From: Octopus vulgaris | Taxonomy: Eukaryota | Length of the DNA: 64,000 nucleotides | Direction of reading: 5' to 3' | Assembly: GCA_951406725.2 (NCBI GenBank) | Contig: OX597814.1 | Location: 188,170,001 to 188,234,000 of the forward strand | Shown: positions 39,365 through 53,383 of the stretch, piece after piece | Layout of the letters: each line of letters starts with the position of its first letter | Numbering within the stretch: the stretch's first letter is position 1 | Translations under genes and position numbers: made by a program | Notes under the pieces: model-generated | The model's input: only the letters and a program-made list of their open reading frames with translations | Database searches by the model: none | Told to the model about the DNA's origin: nothing

Positions 39365-39743
39365 CACTTGCGTCAGAAATTAATTAGCACTTCTCAAATT
39401 TCTACATTAAATAGGTTAAATCAATTAACCTATGAGCTGTTCAAAACGTCTTACGCGATGAGAAAACTTAGTATGGTGTGTTTCGGTCCTTGCGAGGCGC
39501 TACCTATATCTATTAAACAAAGGAAGATTTGTCTGCATCCGCACTCCAAGTTGTTGTTGCACTGCTATGTCAACATCATAAGGCTGTAGACTCTCAAACT
39601 GCTCTGCAAACAAAGTTACGTCATCGTTCTGCGCAACAGTGAACTCGCAACAAAGCAATAGTTCGAGATATGGCCACTTGGTGACAGCACATACCTTGAG
39701 TGAAGAGCAAATCAAGGGTGCTAATTAATTTCTGACGGTAGTG
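39365..39743. mobile_element. Tc1-like MITE
   Basis: TA|cacttgcgtcagaaattaattagcac ... gtgctaattaatttctgacggtagtg|TA; about 26-bp TIR with TA TSD. Confidence 0.85.
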
Positions 39744-39992
39744 TATGTATATATGTGTGTCCAAATGCTGCGAACTTTTGATCAGCCTCAATGAATTCAA
39801 AAGTCCTAAGTGGGTATTTTATTTTCGAAGGTTTCATAAAATTTGCCTGTTGCTCTTCAATGAGGTAACATATCCAATATGGGTATTTTATTTTTCAATA
39901 TTTTCATGAGGTAATAAAGGAATTATTAACATTTAAGCAGGTCCCCGTTTTACACAGATAAGATGGATGTGTTGGCAGAAAATATACAGATA

Positions 39993-40402
39993 AAGGCGGC
40001 GAGCTGGCAGAAACGTTAGCACGCCGGGCGAAATGCTAAGCGGTATTTCGTCTGCGTTACGTTGTGAGTTCAAATTCCGCCGAGGTCGACTTTGCCTTTC
40101 ATCCTTTCGGGGTCGATTAAATAAGTACCAGTTACGCACTGGGGTCGATATAATCGACTTAATCCGTTTGTCTGTTCTTGTTTGTCCTCTCTGTGTTTAG
40201 CCCCTTGTGGGTAGTAAAGAAATAGGTATTTCGTCTGCCGTTACGTTTTGAGTTCAAATTCTATCGAGGTCAACTTTGCTTTCTTTCGGGGTCGATTAAA
40301 TAAGTACCAGTTACGCACTGGGGTCGATGTAATCGACTTAATCCCTTTGTCAATCCTTGTTTGTCCCCTCTATGTTTAGCCCCTTGTGGGAAATAAAGAA
40401 AT
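39993..40402 (+). mobile_element. SINE B dimer
   Basis: Head aaggcggcgagctggcagaaacgttagc, then two units joined at gtagtaaagaaatag|gtatttcgtctgcc (40225/40226). Confidence 0.9.
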
Positions 40403-40604
40403 AAGAAAATATACAGATAAATGCCCCTCAGTAAACAAATAGGGAAGGCTCGAAAAAACACCCTGTGGTGGTAGTCTCAATTTTATATCAGAATGAGTGG
40501 ACGTCGCTAAAGGCACCTATGGGCCAGAGGTTTCAATCAGGAGACCTGTTATGGCTTACATCATTTTGAAAATTTACAAATTATTGAATAAAAAAATGTC
40601 CATA

Positions 40605-40895
40605 TATCATCATCATCATCATCATTGTTGTTGTCATCATCGTCATCATCACTACCACCATCATTATCATCTTCATAACCACCACGATCAACATCATACC
40701 ACCATCACCACTACCGCCAAAACCAACCATCTCACCACCACCATCACCGCCGCCGTCGCCGTAGTCCTCATCATGTTCATCATCTTCTTCTTCATCATCA
40801 TCATCATCATCATCATAATGTTCATCGTCATCATCATCATCTTCATCATCTTCATCATCATCACCACCACCACCACCACCATCACCACCACCACC

Positions 40896-40946
<51 letters not shown>
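40605..40946. repeat. (CAT)n/(CAC)n trinucleotide tract
   Basis: Direct reading. Confidence 0.95.
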
Positions 40947-41435
40947 GTTTTCTTTTTCTTCTTCCCATGAACGTGCAGACAGTCGTTTGGGTACAATATA
41001 TAGTACATGCTGTGGTATTCTCCAATAGTCTCTGACTCCTGCAATCCGTCACCTGCAAAAGGACCTTGGTGTTGGGACCAAAATTTCTTCGCATACATAC
41101 GTACATACATACATACGTCCCTATATATTCACACACACACACACACACACGCAGAGGTTTGGTGATGCAAAAAGCGAACGCGTGACTCTCGGCCTTGAGT
41201 CACACTGTTGCTTCTGCTAAATATGAATAAAGATATACATACATACATACATACATACATACATACATACATACACACACATACGCCGGGCTTCTTTCAG
41301 TTTCCGTCTACCAAATCCACTCAAAAGGCTCTGGTCGGCCCTAAGCTATAGAAGTAGACAGTTGCCCAAGTTGCCACGCAGTGAGACTGAACCCGGAATC
41401 ATGTGGTTGGGATGCAAGCTTCTTACCACATATAT

Positions 41436-42014
41436 AGGTGCAAGCGTGTCTGTGTGGTAAGAAGCTCGGCGAGCAGGCAAAAACGTTAGTAAACCGGGCG
41501 ACATGCTTAGCGGTGTTTCGGCTGCCGTTACGTTCTGAGTTCAAATTCCGCCGAGGTCGACTTTGCCTTACATCCTTTCGGGGTCGATAAATAAAGTAAC
41601 AGTTACGCACTGTGGTCGATGTAATCGACTTAATCCTTTGTCTGTCCTTGTTTGTCCCCTCTATGTTTAGCCCCTTGAGGGCAATAAAGAAATGAGAAAC
41701 TCGCTTCCCAACCACATGATTCCAGGTTCAGAACCACTGCATGGTAACCTTGGCCAAGTGTATTCTACTTTAGCGTCGGGCCGACCAAAGTCTTTTCAAT
41801 GGCTCTGGTAGACGGAAACTGAAAGAAGCCCACCGTACATATATATATATAGGCGTAGGAGTGGCTGTATGGTAAGTAGCTTGCTTACAAACAACATGGT
41901 TCCATGGCACCTTGGGCAAGTGTCTTCTACTATAGTCTCGGCCGACCAAAGCCTTGTGAGCGGATTTGGTGGACGGAAATTGAAAGTAGCCCATCGTTTA
42001 TGTGTATATATATA

Positions 42015-42082
<68 letters not shown>

Positions 42083-42455
42083 TTGTGTGTCTGTGTTTGT
42101 CCCCTTCCGCAACATCGATTGACAACCGATGCTGTCCCCGTAACTTAGCGGTTAAGTAAAAGAGACCGATCGAATAAGTACTAGGCTTACAAAGAATTTG
42201 CTCGACTAAAGACAGTGCTCAAGCATGGCCACAGTCAAATGACTGAACAAGTAAAAGAGTAAAAGAGAATATGTATATATTTATGTGTATGTGTCGATGC
42301 TTGCCTGCCCCTAACATCACTTGATAAACGAGGCTGGTGTGTTTATGTACAAGGTTTACGAAAAATAAGTCCCGGGGTTGATTTCTTCGACTAAGGTTCT
42401 TTTAATGTGGTGCTCCAGCATCGCTGCAGTCAAATGGTTGAAACAAATATAAGTC
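41436..42455 (+). mobile_element. Old SINE A containing a nested SINE B (41467-41693) and a younger SINE A (41851-42268)
   Basis: The A head is broken at ggtaagaagctcg and resumes at gaaactcgcttcccaaccacatg. A second A begins in the internal (TA)n. A diverged A tail resumes at about 42290. Confidence 0.75.
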
Positions 42456-42888
42456 TAAAAGAAAAAAAAGTAATGTGCGTGTGTGTGTGTGTTTATCTGT
42501 GTTTGTCCTCCGCAGCTGTGCAGTCGATTTTGGTTTGTTTATTTCTTTGTAACCTAGCGGTTCAGCAGAAGAGTCGATAGAATAAATACCAAACTTAAAA
42601 AAAAAAAGAAAAAAGAAAAAAATAGAAGTACTGGTTTCGATTTTTTCAACAAAGTCTTCAATCTGCTGCCACAACCTGGCCATGTCCCAATGACTGAAGC
42701 AAGTAAAAGCTAATACATACATACATACATACATGCATACATACATACATACATACATATATATATGGGGTCATAACCCCGAAATATTGAATACAATGTA
42801 AGTCTGCATTAATTCACATATTTGTTTTCTTGTGATTTACCTTGCATTTACTTCGCATTGTTTTAGCCTTACCTACGATCTTTTATAC

Positions 42889-42976
<88 letters not shown>

Positions 42977-43840
42977 TTCTACAATAGCTCGGTAGACAGA
43001 AACCAAAAGAAGCCGGTCGTAGACACACACATTATGTATTTGCGTGTCTGTGCTTCTACCCCCCACCGTCGCTTGACAACCGATGTTGGTGTGCTTACGT
43101 CCCCCTAACTTAGCGATTCGGCAAAAGACCCCGATAGAATAAGTACTAGGCTTACAAAGAATAACTCCCGGGGGCGATTTGTTCGACTGAAGGCGGTGCT
43201 CCAGCATGGCAACAGTCAAATGACTGAAACAAATTAAAGAATAAAAGATTGAAAGAATATTTATTCGTATATAGCCCCGCCCTACACGCACACATTCGCG
43301 CGCGCACAAACACACAACATAAGTATCTAATTATATATGTACATATCAGATGGCCAGCAGTCATAATCTTGCTTTGGTGTAATGATTACCGCAGCTACAG
43401 AGTTTAAAAGAGACGAAATGTTCGATTCACGTTGTTGGTGTAACAACGGCTTTCTGCATTCTGTGCTTACCGATATTTCTTGCGGTTCGCACCGTTCTGA
43501 GTTCAATTCCTGGTTAGGTTAATATCGCCAATCACTCCTTTCGGGTTCGATAAAATAAAATACCAGTCAAGCATTGGCGTCAATGCAACCGACTTTACCC
43601 CTCCCCTCAAATTACTGGCCTGGTCTTTAACCCTGCAAGGGGAGTGTTGCGATATGCTATGGAAACAAAGTAACCGGGATTGAGTTCTAAGGGTTCTATC
43701 TATCTATCTATCGAATAATAAGCTGTAACGGAATTACTGTCTTCTATAAAATCATTTTACGCACGCCATCATTCTATAGTGGTAACTTATAAGAAGTGTA
43801 ATTACTTTGATATAAGTACACACATTCACAACCGCTTGCA

Positions 43841-43887
<47 letters not shown>

Positions 43888-43924
43888 TCGAGTATATGTA
43901 CAAATCTATAAATGTATATATTTT

Positions 43925-44198
43925 TATTTATTTATGCGCCCTTTTCAAGCCTAGCCAGGCTCATGTGTTCCCCCCAGCTGGATGGGTCGCCAGTCCATCG
44001 CAGCGTTACTCAAGGAACAGGAAGAAAGAGTGAGAGAAAGTTGGGGCGAAAGAGTACAACAAGGGTTGCCGGGGCCTCGTGGAGCTTTTAGGTGTTTTCG
44101 CTCAATAAACACACACAACGCCCGGTTTGGGAATCGAAACTGCGATCTTCCGACCGCGTATCCGCTGCCCTAACCACTGGGCCATTACAGCCCTCCAC
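43925..44198 (-). mobile_element. SINE head C with tail type ii (V-domain-like)
   Basis: Minus-strand tail gctgcgatggactggcgacccatccag resembles the V-SINE central domain; ends in aaataaataa. Confidence 0.8.
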
Positions 44199-44201
44199 CG
44201 C

Positions 44202-44263
<62 letters not shown>

Positions 44264-44647
44264 ATGAATGCATGTATGTATGTATGTATCTATCAATCTA
44301 TCTATCTATCTAAGAAAGTAGTACTCAATACTCTTTGTTAGAGGTATGCATATTTGATTTCAGCTGGATTGTTCTTCACATTACATCAAGATTCGCGAGT
44401 GTGAGACACACCCGCAACATCCGATAATATGGTCTTATTTAACGCCCACGAAACTTGTGTGTGTATACGCCGGCGTGGTTCTGTGGCAAGAATTTTACTT
44501 CCCAAACGCATAGTTTCGTGTTAAGTTTCAATGCGTGACACCTTGAGCAAGTGTCCTCTATCATAGGCTCGGGCCAATTAAAGCTTTTTGAGTGGATTTG
44601 GTAGACGGAAACTGATAGAAGCCGTCGTGTGTGTGTATATATATATA

Positions 44648-44942
44648 TCACGTGATCACGTGACCAACCAGACCATCAGATGTTGTTACACATCGCTGGT
44701 CACAATGCGTTCGCATTGTTTTAGCCTTCGAATGACGCCACCCCGCTGGCTAAGCGAGCAGGCCAACAGAAGAAAGAGTGGTGAAAGAGTACAGCAGGGA
44801 ACACCACCCCCTGCCGGAGCGTCGTGGAGCTTTTAGGTGTTTTCGCTCAATAAACACTCACAACGCCCTGTCTGGGAATCGAACCCGCGATCCTGCGACC
44901 GCTAGTCCGCTGCCCTAACCACTAGGCCATTGCGCCTCCACG
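44648..44942 (-). mobile_element. SINE head C with tail type iii, nested in the microsatellite of a SINE A (44468-45085)
   Basis: Tail ctgttggcctgctcgcttagccagcggggtggcgtc...ggtcacgtgatcacgtga shared with 47445-47771. SINE A head precedes it and the SINE A tail follows. Confidence 0.85.
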
Positions 44943-44952
44943 TGTATGTGTG

Positions 44953-45008
<56 letters not shown>

Positions 45009-45426
45009 AGCGTGTATATATATATGTGTATGTGTGTGTGTAGATCTCTGTGTCTGTGTTTGTCCTCACTACCACTTGACAAGTTACACGGTACGGCATA
45101 AGAGGCCGATAAAAATACGTCTTGTGGTCGATTTGCCTGGTATTTTCTTTTATCGAACCCGAAAGAAGTGATTGACGATATTAACCCAACCAGGAATTGA
45201 ACTCTGAACGGTGTGACCTGCAGTATCAAATGACTTAAGTAAAAGATTAAACTTATGTACACACACACATACACAAACACACACACACATACGCACATAC
45301 ACACACACACATATACACAAATGCACGCGCTCACACAAAGAAACACATAACTAGATTACATAGCCATATATACGCACGTATGTCTCTGAAGGTTATGAAT
45401 GTAAATATACATACACATGTACGCAC

Positions 45427-45457
<31 letters not shown>

Positions 45458-45874
45458 CATACATACATACATACATACATACATACACACGTACATACGT
45501 ACATACGTACATGCATACATACATACATGCATACATACATACATACATACATACATACATGCATACATGCATACATGCATACATACATACATACATACAT
45601 ACATACATACATACGTACGTACATGCATACATACAGTAACACACATATACACGCACTTTTATGATTGTGTGATCTGGTGTGCACACATATTGATCTTTGG
45701 TTTTCCATCTTTTGCTAGTTTCAGTTATTGGAATGTGGCCATGATGGAGCACTCCTTTGATGTGCTTTTGGTCGAACGGATCTTTTTTAAAGTCTGGTAC
45801 GTAGTGTATAGGGGGGCGTAAACAAACCAATACCGGTTGTCAAACAATGGGGTTGGGACAAACACATATACAAA

Positions 45875-45912
<38 letters not shown>

Positions 45913-46046
45913 CAACACGCTTCAACAAACTCAAAAACCACTGGTCCTTCCAAGGTACCACGCAGTGGGACTGAACTTGCAACTACATGGTTGCTAAACG
46001 GGCTTCTCAATCACACAGTACTCACACACACACACACAAACACAAG

Positions 46047-46087
<41 letters not shown>

Positions 46088-46088
46088 A

Positions 46089-46155
<67 letters not shown>

Positions 46156-46788
46156 CTGTATAATATGCAACACGCTTCAGCACAGTTTCCGTCTATCAAA
46201 TTCACTCATAAATCGTTGGTCGGCCCAAAATACTTGCCCAAGGTGGTGCTTTGCAGTGGGATTGAACCCGCAACTACATGTTTGCTAAACGAGCTTCTTA
46301 ACATCACCCCACCCCCACTCAAGCATGCAGGCACACACACAGAGATGTATACATAAGCAACACGCTTCAACATGGTTTCCGCCTGTCAAATTCACTCACA
46401 AATCAACGGTCGGCCCAAGACACTTGCACAAGGTGCCACACAGTGGGACAGAACCCTAAACTACGCCATTCCTAAGCGAGCTTCTTAACTACGCAGCCAT
46501 GCCTATGTATGTACGAATGTACGTATTTGTGAGTTTCACAGGATTACATAGTAAATTTTAGCTTTCTTTTCTGTAACTTTCCTATTCTATTAAAAACATC
46601 ATTACTTCTTGCTATCTTTGTGTTCGTGTGTCCGATCACATAATTCTCTCCTCATTGCTGTGATCACGTAACTTTCTCTTTCTCAACACATCATATTTCT
46701 CATATTTAGTGATAATAATGATTTTCCGTTTTATTTAAAAACATTGCACACGGCTGTCTAATATATACTTATATATATATACATATAC

Positions 46789-46884
<96 letters not shown>

Positions 46885-46887
<3 letters not shown>

Positions 46888-47050
46888 CGCAGGAGTGGCT
46901 GTGTGGTAAGTAGCTTGTTTACCAACCACATGGTTCTGGGTTCAGTCCAACTGCGTGGCACCTTGGGCAAGTGTCTTCTACTATAGCCTCGGGCCGACCA
47001 AAGCCTTGTGAGTGGATTTGGTAGACGGAAACTGAAAGAAGCCCGTCGTA

Positions 47051-47093
<43 letters not shown>

Positions 47094-47310
47094 GTGTGTA
47101 TGTGTGTGTGTGTGTGTGTTTTGTGTGTCTGTGTTTGTCCCCCTAGCATTGCTTGACAACCGATGCTGGTGTGTTTATGTCCCCGTTACTTAGCGGTTCG
47201 GCAAAAGAGCCCGATAGAATACAAAAGAATAAGTCCCGGGGTCGAGTTGCTCGTTTAAAGGCGGTACTCCAGCATGGCCACAGTCAAATGACTGAAACAA
47301 GTAAAAGAGA

Positions 47311-47312
<2 letters not shown>
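46885..47312 (+). mobile_element. SINE A copy
   Basis: Full-length family A copy between (TA)n tracts. Confidence 0.92.
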
Positions 47313-47365
<53 letters not shown>

Positions 47366-47388
47366 TATATACATATATATATATATAC

Positions 47389-47444
<56 letters not shown>

Positions 47445-47447
<3 letters not shown>

Positions 47448-47766
47448 GCGCCGCAATGGACCAGTGGTTAGGGCAGCGGACTCGCGGTGGTAGGATCGCA
47501 GTGGTAGGATCGTGGTTCGATTCCCAGACCGGGCGTTCTGAGTGTTTATTGAAGCGAAAACACCTAAAGCTCCACGCGTCTCCGGCAGGGGGTGGTGGCG
47601 ATCCCTGCTGTACTCTTTCGCCACAACTTTTTCTCACTCTTTCTCCTGTTGGCCTGCTCGCTTAGCCAGCGGGGTGGCGTCATTTGAAGGCTAAAAGAAT
47701 GCGAAGTGCATTGTGACCAGCTATGTGTAGCAACATCTGATAGCCTGGTCGGTCACGGTGAACACG

Positions 47767-47771
<5 letters not shown>
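47445..47771 (+). mobile_element. SINE head C with tail type iii
   Basis: Head as in other C copies, with a short internal duplication (ggtaggatcg x2); tail iii. Confidence 0.85.
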
Positions 47772-47829
<58 letters not shown>

Positions 47830-48428
47830 TATATGTATGCACACACTCACAGACGCAGACATATCCAATAGATAAACATGCGTGTGTGTTTGTGTGTGTG
47901 AGTGTGTGTGCGTGCAGGCTCATGTACATCTATTTTTTCATGTATGTATTTGTGACTATGTAAATGCATATGCATATATGTATGCCGGTAGATTTATATA
48001 GAGAGGTATACATATATACATACATACATACATACATACATACATACATACATACATGCATACACACACAAACATATACATATACTTGCATCGATGTGAA
48101 ATTATACATGTATGTATGTATGTACATATATGTATGTTTGTGAATGAGTATATGCGTGTGTGTGTGTGTATGTGTGTGTGTGTGTGTGTGTGTGTATGTA
48201 TGCGTGTGTGGTGTATGTGTGTGTGCATAAGAATGAGTGTATATATCTGCGTGCATATATGGGCATGCACATCTCTGTTGTTTGGGTGTGTCTTAATATA
48301 TACGAGTGTATATATATATATATACATGTTTATATATGAATATGTATGTATATATATATGTATATGAATATATATCTACGCATGTATATAGATGTGTGTA
48401 TATATATATATATATACATGTTTGTATA

Positions 48429-48478
<50 letters not shown>

Positions 48479-48651
48479 TGCAGGAGTGGCTGTGTGGCAA
48501 GTAGCTCGCCTACCAACCACATGGTTGGTTCCGGGTTCAGTCCCAATGCGCAGCACCTTGGGCAAGTGTCTTCTACTATAGCCTCGGGCCGACCAAAGCC
48601 TTGTGAGTGGATTTGGTAGATGGAAACTGAAAGAAGACTGTCATATATGTA

Positions 48652-49705
48652 TATAAACTTAGATAAACTTAGATATGTTTCGACCAAAGATTGGTCCAGG
48701 CCATGTCTAACTTAATTATCTGAATCCTGTTTAAGTCAAGTTTTGTTTATGGTCCATTCAAGTAATGAGTTTTTGTTGGGTGAGTTGTATCTAATTATGG
48801 GTGGCTTATCTGGTATTCCTTGAAGGAATCTATCCAGACTCCGTTTAAAGTTGATGGGATCCTTTTCCTCTTTGATCCCTTTCGGGACAATGTTAAATAG
48901 GGCAGGGCCTGTTGAGGAAAAGAAATTATGCTGCAGTGTACATCTATGCTGTGATCTTGAATTGGGCAGGGGACGTATGGCCCGTGGTCCCAGTTTTGGA
49001 TGGACCTTGAAGCTAATGTTCAGGTCGTTTGGGCAAAGTTGGCGGTATATTCTCTACATCGTACAAATGATGTACCGCTCACGGCGACGCTGGAGAGAGT
49101 AGAGTTTCAAGGCTTTAAGGCGGTCTCAATAATCGAGAGCAGCCATGCTTTCAGTTCGTTTAGTGAGTGCCACCTGGGGTGATTCAATCCTCGAGATGTT
49201 TCGTCTTGTATGGGGAGACCACAGTGGGCAGCAGTATTCGAGGTGTGGCCGTACAAAGGTGGAGAAAAGTGGTATGATGACACCTTGTTCTCTGGACCGG
49301 AAAGTTCTTAAGATCCAGGAACTCATCCTACGAGCTATATCGACCTTATTGTTGATGTGTGCACTCCAACTGAGATCGTCATCAACAATTACACCCAGGT
49401 CTCTGATATTGTTAGAGGCTGTGAGCGGTTCCCCTGAAGGAAGAGAGTATGGCTGTTTTAGTGAGGATTTTCTTCCAAAATGCATCAGCTCAAATTTTCC
49501 CTCGTTCAGTTGCATTTTGTTTCTGTCTGCCCATTGACTCACAGCATATAGATCAGACTGGAGTTGAGTTCGGTCTGCTTCTTCATTGACGATTTGCTGG
49601 AGCTTAGTGTCATCAGCAAATATTTTCACTTTGCAGTAATGTACGACACTGGAAAGGTCGTTTATGTAAATTATAAAGAGTAGCGGGCCCAAAACAGTCC
49701 CCTGT
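48652..49705 (-). mobile_element. 5'-truncated CR1/L2-group LINE (RT domain to 3' tail), relatively well preserved
   Basis: QGTVLGPLLFIIYINDL...KIFADDTKL...W...N.M.LN..K...RDLGVIVD...FVRPHLEYC..LWSP (ORF 49126-49692). It continues past in-frame stops as DRLKALKLYSLQRRRERY...LFNIVP...FKRSLDRFL. Tail (atctaagttt)x2. Confidence 0.93.
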
Positions 49706-50030
49706 ACCGAATTGCCAGTTACGCACTGGGGTCTATGTAATCGACTTAATACCTTTGTTTGTCCCTTCTATGTTTAGCCCCCTGTGGGCAATAAAGATAT
49801 AAGTACCGATTTCCACTGCAAGAACGGAGTAACGACGACCCACCTGAAAAACGAACTCCGCCAGGTGGAGTGACTGCTGCAGCAAGTGTCGTTGATCATT
49901 GTCCACAACAACACCATCACGGTCATAATCGTGGGGCGTGGATGAACATACCATTTGTTCTGGGGGCCCACTGCTCCCTTCTGTTGCTTAATCCCGCCCT
50001 TTTATTCCTTTTTCTGTTTCTTTTGTTTCC

Positions 50031-50183
50031 GAGTGGCTGTGTGGTTAGTAGCTTGCTTACCAACCACATGGTTCTGGGTTCAGTCCCACTGCGTGACACC
50101 TTGGGCAAGTGCCTTCTACTATATATTCGGGCAGACCAAAGCCTTGTGAGTGGATTTGGTAGACGGAAACCGAAAGAAATCCG

Positions 50184-50269
<86 letters not shown>

Positions 50270-50472
50270 TTGTGTGTCTGTGTTTGTCCCCCCAACATCG
50301 CTTGATAACCGATGCTGGTGTGTTTACGTCCCCGTAACTTAGCGGTTCGGCAAAAGTGACTGATAGAATAAGTACAAGGCTTACAAAGAATAAGTCCTGG
50401 GGGTCGATTTGCTCGACTAAAGGTGGTGCTCCAGCATGGCCACAGTCGCATGACTGAAACAAGTAAAATAGT
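50031..50472 (+). mobile_element. SINE A copy
   Basis: Full-length family A copy. Confidence 0.92.
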
Positions 50473-50961
50473 AATATGTAATTAAATTGTGCTTCAATAA
50501 AACTTTCCAGACTAGAAAAAAAAATGCTTATTCATTTCTACGTATGCATAATTACGTAGACATACAGGCAGAACTCCTCTCTAACCATATCCGCAATGCC
50601 TACAAAAAACTGAAGAACTTAAAAAAAGAAGAAAAAAAAAGTGGACTAAAAGCTTTCAGACATCGCCCGATCCCTTCCAAAATCCATAATCCAGAAGTTC
50701 AAAATTCCTATATTCGATGTCTGTTTTTTTTTCTCTCTATCTGTCTCTCTCTTTCTGTCTCTCTCTCCATCTCTCTTTCTTTCTGTTATATCTCTCTTTC
50801 TCAAAAGTTTTCCTCGTCCCACCTGATAAACATATATGTGCAAGTGATTTTGTAGTATTTGTATATGTGCGTGTGTGTATGGGTGTGCGCTCGCGTGTAC
50901 ATACATATATATACATATATACATATTTATGTATATATGTTTGTATATATGCATATGTCTG

Positions 50962-51069
<108 letters not shown>

Positions 51070-51174
51070 TACACACACACATATGGTGTACAGTTAGACG
51101 TACGACTAATACTGCATGAGTTGGAGTATTGCATATAATATCGTTATGTAGTCAACTTCCAGTATAGCACTCCC

Positions 51175-51387
51175 TCTCTTTACTCTTTTACTTGTTTCAG
51201 TCATTTGTCTGTGGCCATGCTGGAGCACTGCCTTTAGTCGAGCAAACTGACCCCAAGACTTATTTTTTGTAATCCTAGTAGTTATTCTATCGATCTCTTT
51301 TACCGAACCGCTAAGTTACGGCGACGTAAACACACCAGCATCGGTTGTCAATCAATGTTGGGGGGGGGACAAACATAGACCCACAAA

Positions 51388-51418
<31 letters not shown>

Positions 51419-51598
51419 CATATATACATATATACGACGGGCTTCATTCAGTTTCCATCTACCAAATCCACTCACAAGGCTTTGGTCGGCCCGAGGCTAT
51501 AGCAGAGGACATTTGCCCAAGGTGCCACGCAGTGGGACTGAACCCAGAACCATGCGGTTGGTAAGCAAGCTACTTACAACACAGCCACTCCTACGCCT
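51175..51598 (-). mobile_element. SINE A copy
   Basis: Full-length reverse-complement family A copy. Confidence 0.92.
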
Positions 51599-51865
51599 AT
51601 AACTGTGTATTATAACTATTTACGCCTAGTAGCGTATATAGTTATAGTACACGGAAAAATTAAGATGAACACCAGTCCAAAAATTTAGTCCCTGCGCACG
51701 TTTTACTACTGCAGTTATTTGGAACCCAGCACTGGATGTTCCAAGTGAATTTGGATGCTTGATTGCAATGGATTATTAGGGGAGCACTTTATTGCATTCT
51801 AATTCAGAGATCTTTATGCCGATGCCAACCCACATGTTTATACATTCATGCATACATAAAAGAGC

Positions 51866-52145
51866 CCCCTCGGTCATGAATGACCATGGGATTGCACCTA
51901 GTAAGTTCCCCTCCAAGACACATGTCCAGGTAAATTTGTTGATGGAAGAGAAGCAGTCGCCCATGCACACCAGCCCCATTCTCCACGCCTCTGATGTTAT
52001 CCAAAGGAAAATCAAAGGCCGATACAGCTTGGCACCGGTGACGTTGCAACTCATTTATACAGATGAGTGGACCGGAGCAACGTGAAATAGAGTGTCTTGC
52101 GTTGCAGGGAATCGAACTCACGACCTTGCGATCGTGAGCCGCGCG
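51866..52145 (-). mobile_element. SINE head D with tail type iv
   Basis: Matches 25528-25803 and extends to cccctcggtcatgaatgaccatgggattgcacc, also seen at 53882-53915. Confidence 0.8.
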
Positions 52146-52181
52146 CCTTCACTACACACACACACACTCACGCATGCACGA

Positions 52182-52240
<59 letters not shown>

Positions 52241-53033
52241 CACACAACACACACACACATGCATGTTTATATTGTATGTACATGTATGGGTGTCTGTGCT
52301 GAAGATGGGAGAGGTAGCTGAAAGAGCCTCTTATAGGTTATGGAGCAAGAGAGGGGAGCTCCACAGTGTGACGTGGCTGGCCTTTTGAAATACAGGTATT
52401 ACTCATTTTTGTTATGGAACAAGAGAGAGGAGCTAAGTTGGAAGTCAGGAGGAGACGAGGAGCAATGATTTGGTCATTTCTGCCAACGAGAGGGTGTTAC
52501 GGTTCAGGGTCGAAACACTCAATGATCGTTAGATACCGTCTGATGACAGTAGCAAAATTGCTCGAATATCGCGCTTTGATAGTTCCATTTCAGATGATTG
52601 TAACAACGGAGAAAAAAAAAATATCAATGTTAATTTATGGATGCATTTGGAGCAGTCTATGACTATCATCCGACAATTGCAAAAAAAAAAAAAATGAAAT
52701 TAAAATAAATGTTAAAAAAGAATTCAAAACGCTGCAAAAATCTTGCACAAATTCTTCATGGTTCAAAACGTTGCTTACTTTTTACTCAACCTGATATATG
52801 TATGTATGTACGTTTGTATACATGTGTGTTTGTGGAAAACCGCAAATTCGTAGGCGGTTGCTACTCGCGGTCGGACTGACCTCATTCATGATTATTTAAT
52901 GATTTTATAATTGCATAGATTTATAAGCTGCACACATACACACACACACACACACGCATATATATACATATAGACATATAGATAGATATAGATACATACT
53001 TACACACATGCACACACATTTATATATAGGGAC

Positions 53034-53071
<38 letters not shown>

Positions 53072-53326
53072 GCATACAGACATATAGTTGTATGTATGTA
53101 GGTATGTATATATGTACGTATGTAATCACTGTAGATGTGCCATAAACTCTCGGAGAGTCACGTCTGTAACCTGTTAATAGTTCCCAAGTGAAACCATGTC
53201 ATTTGTCTTTCGTGAAGTATAACCTTTGTAAAATGCTAAACATTATGACATCATTCAGTTCCCGTTTCCCTCTGTATATATAGGAGACTGTCTGCATTTA
53301 GCCAAAGCAAACACCATTGTGCTTAC

Positions 53327-53383
53327 ACTGTAGTAAAAATCATTGGGTTTCTCGATGAGCGAAACACGGCATCTGATTTCGAT
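53327..53383 (-). other. Candidate isolated 57-nt exon (unknown gene or upstream UTR exon)
   Basis: Minus strand attttctttactctcag|atcgaaatcagatgcc...tttttactacagt|gtaagc, in non-repetitive sequence. Length is divisible by 3 and two frames are open (IEIRCRVSLIEKPNDFYYS in phase 0). No recognisable homology. Confidence 0.25.

Noticed and set aside
48660-48712. gacca/tggtc hairpin plus gaaa at the CR1 3' end
   Set aside because: No CUGANGA core; better explained as the ordinary LINE 3' stem-loop.
52538-52575. ctgatga followed by a small hairpin
   Set aside because: Followed by GAAT rather than GAAA, with no closing stem II pair or stem I.
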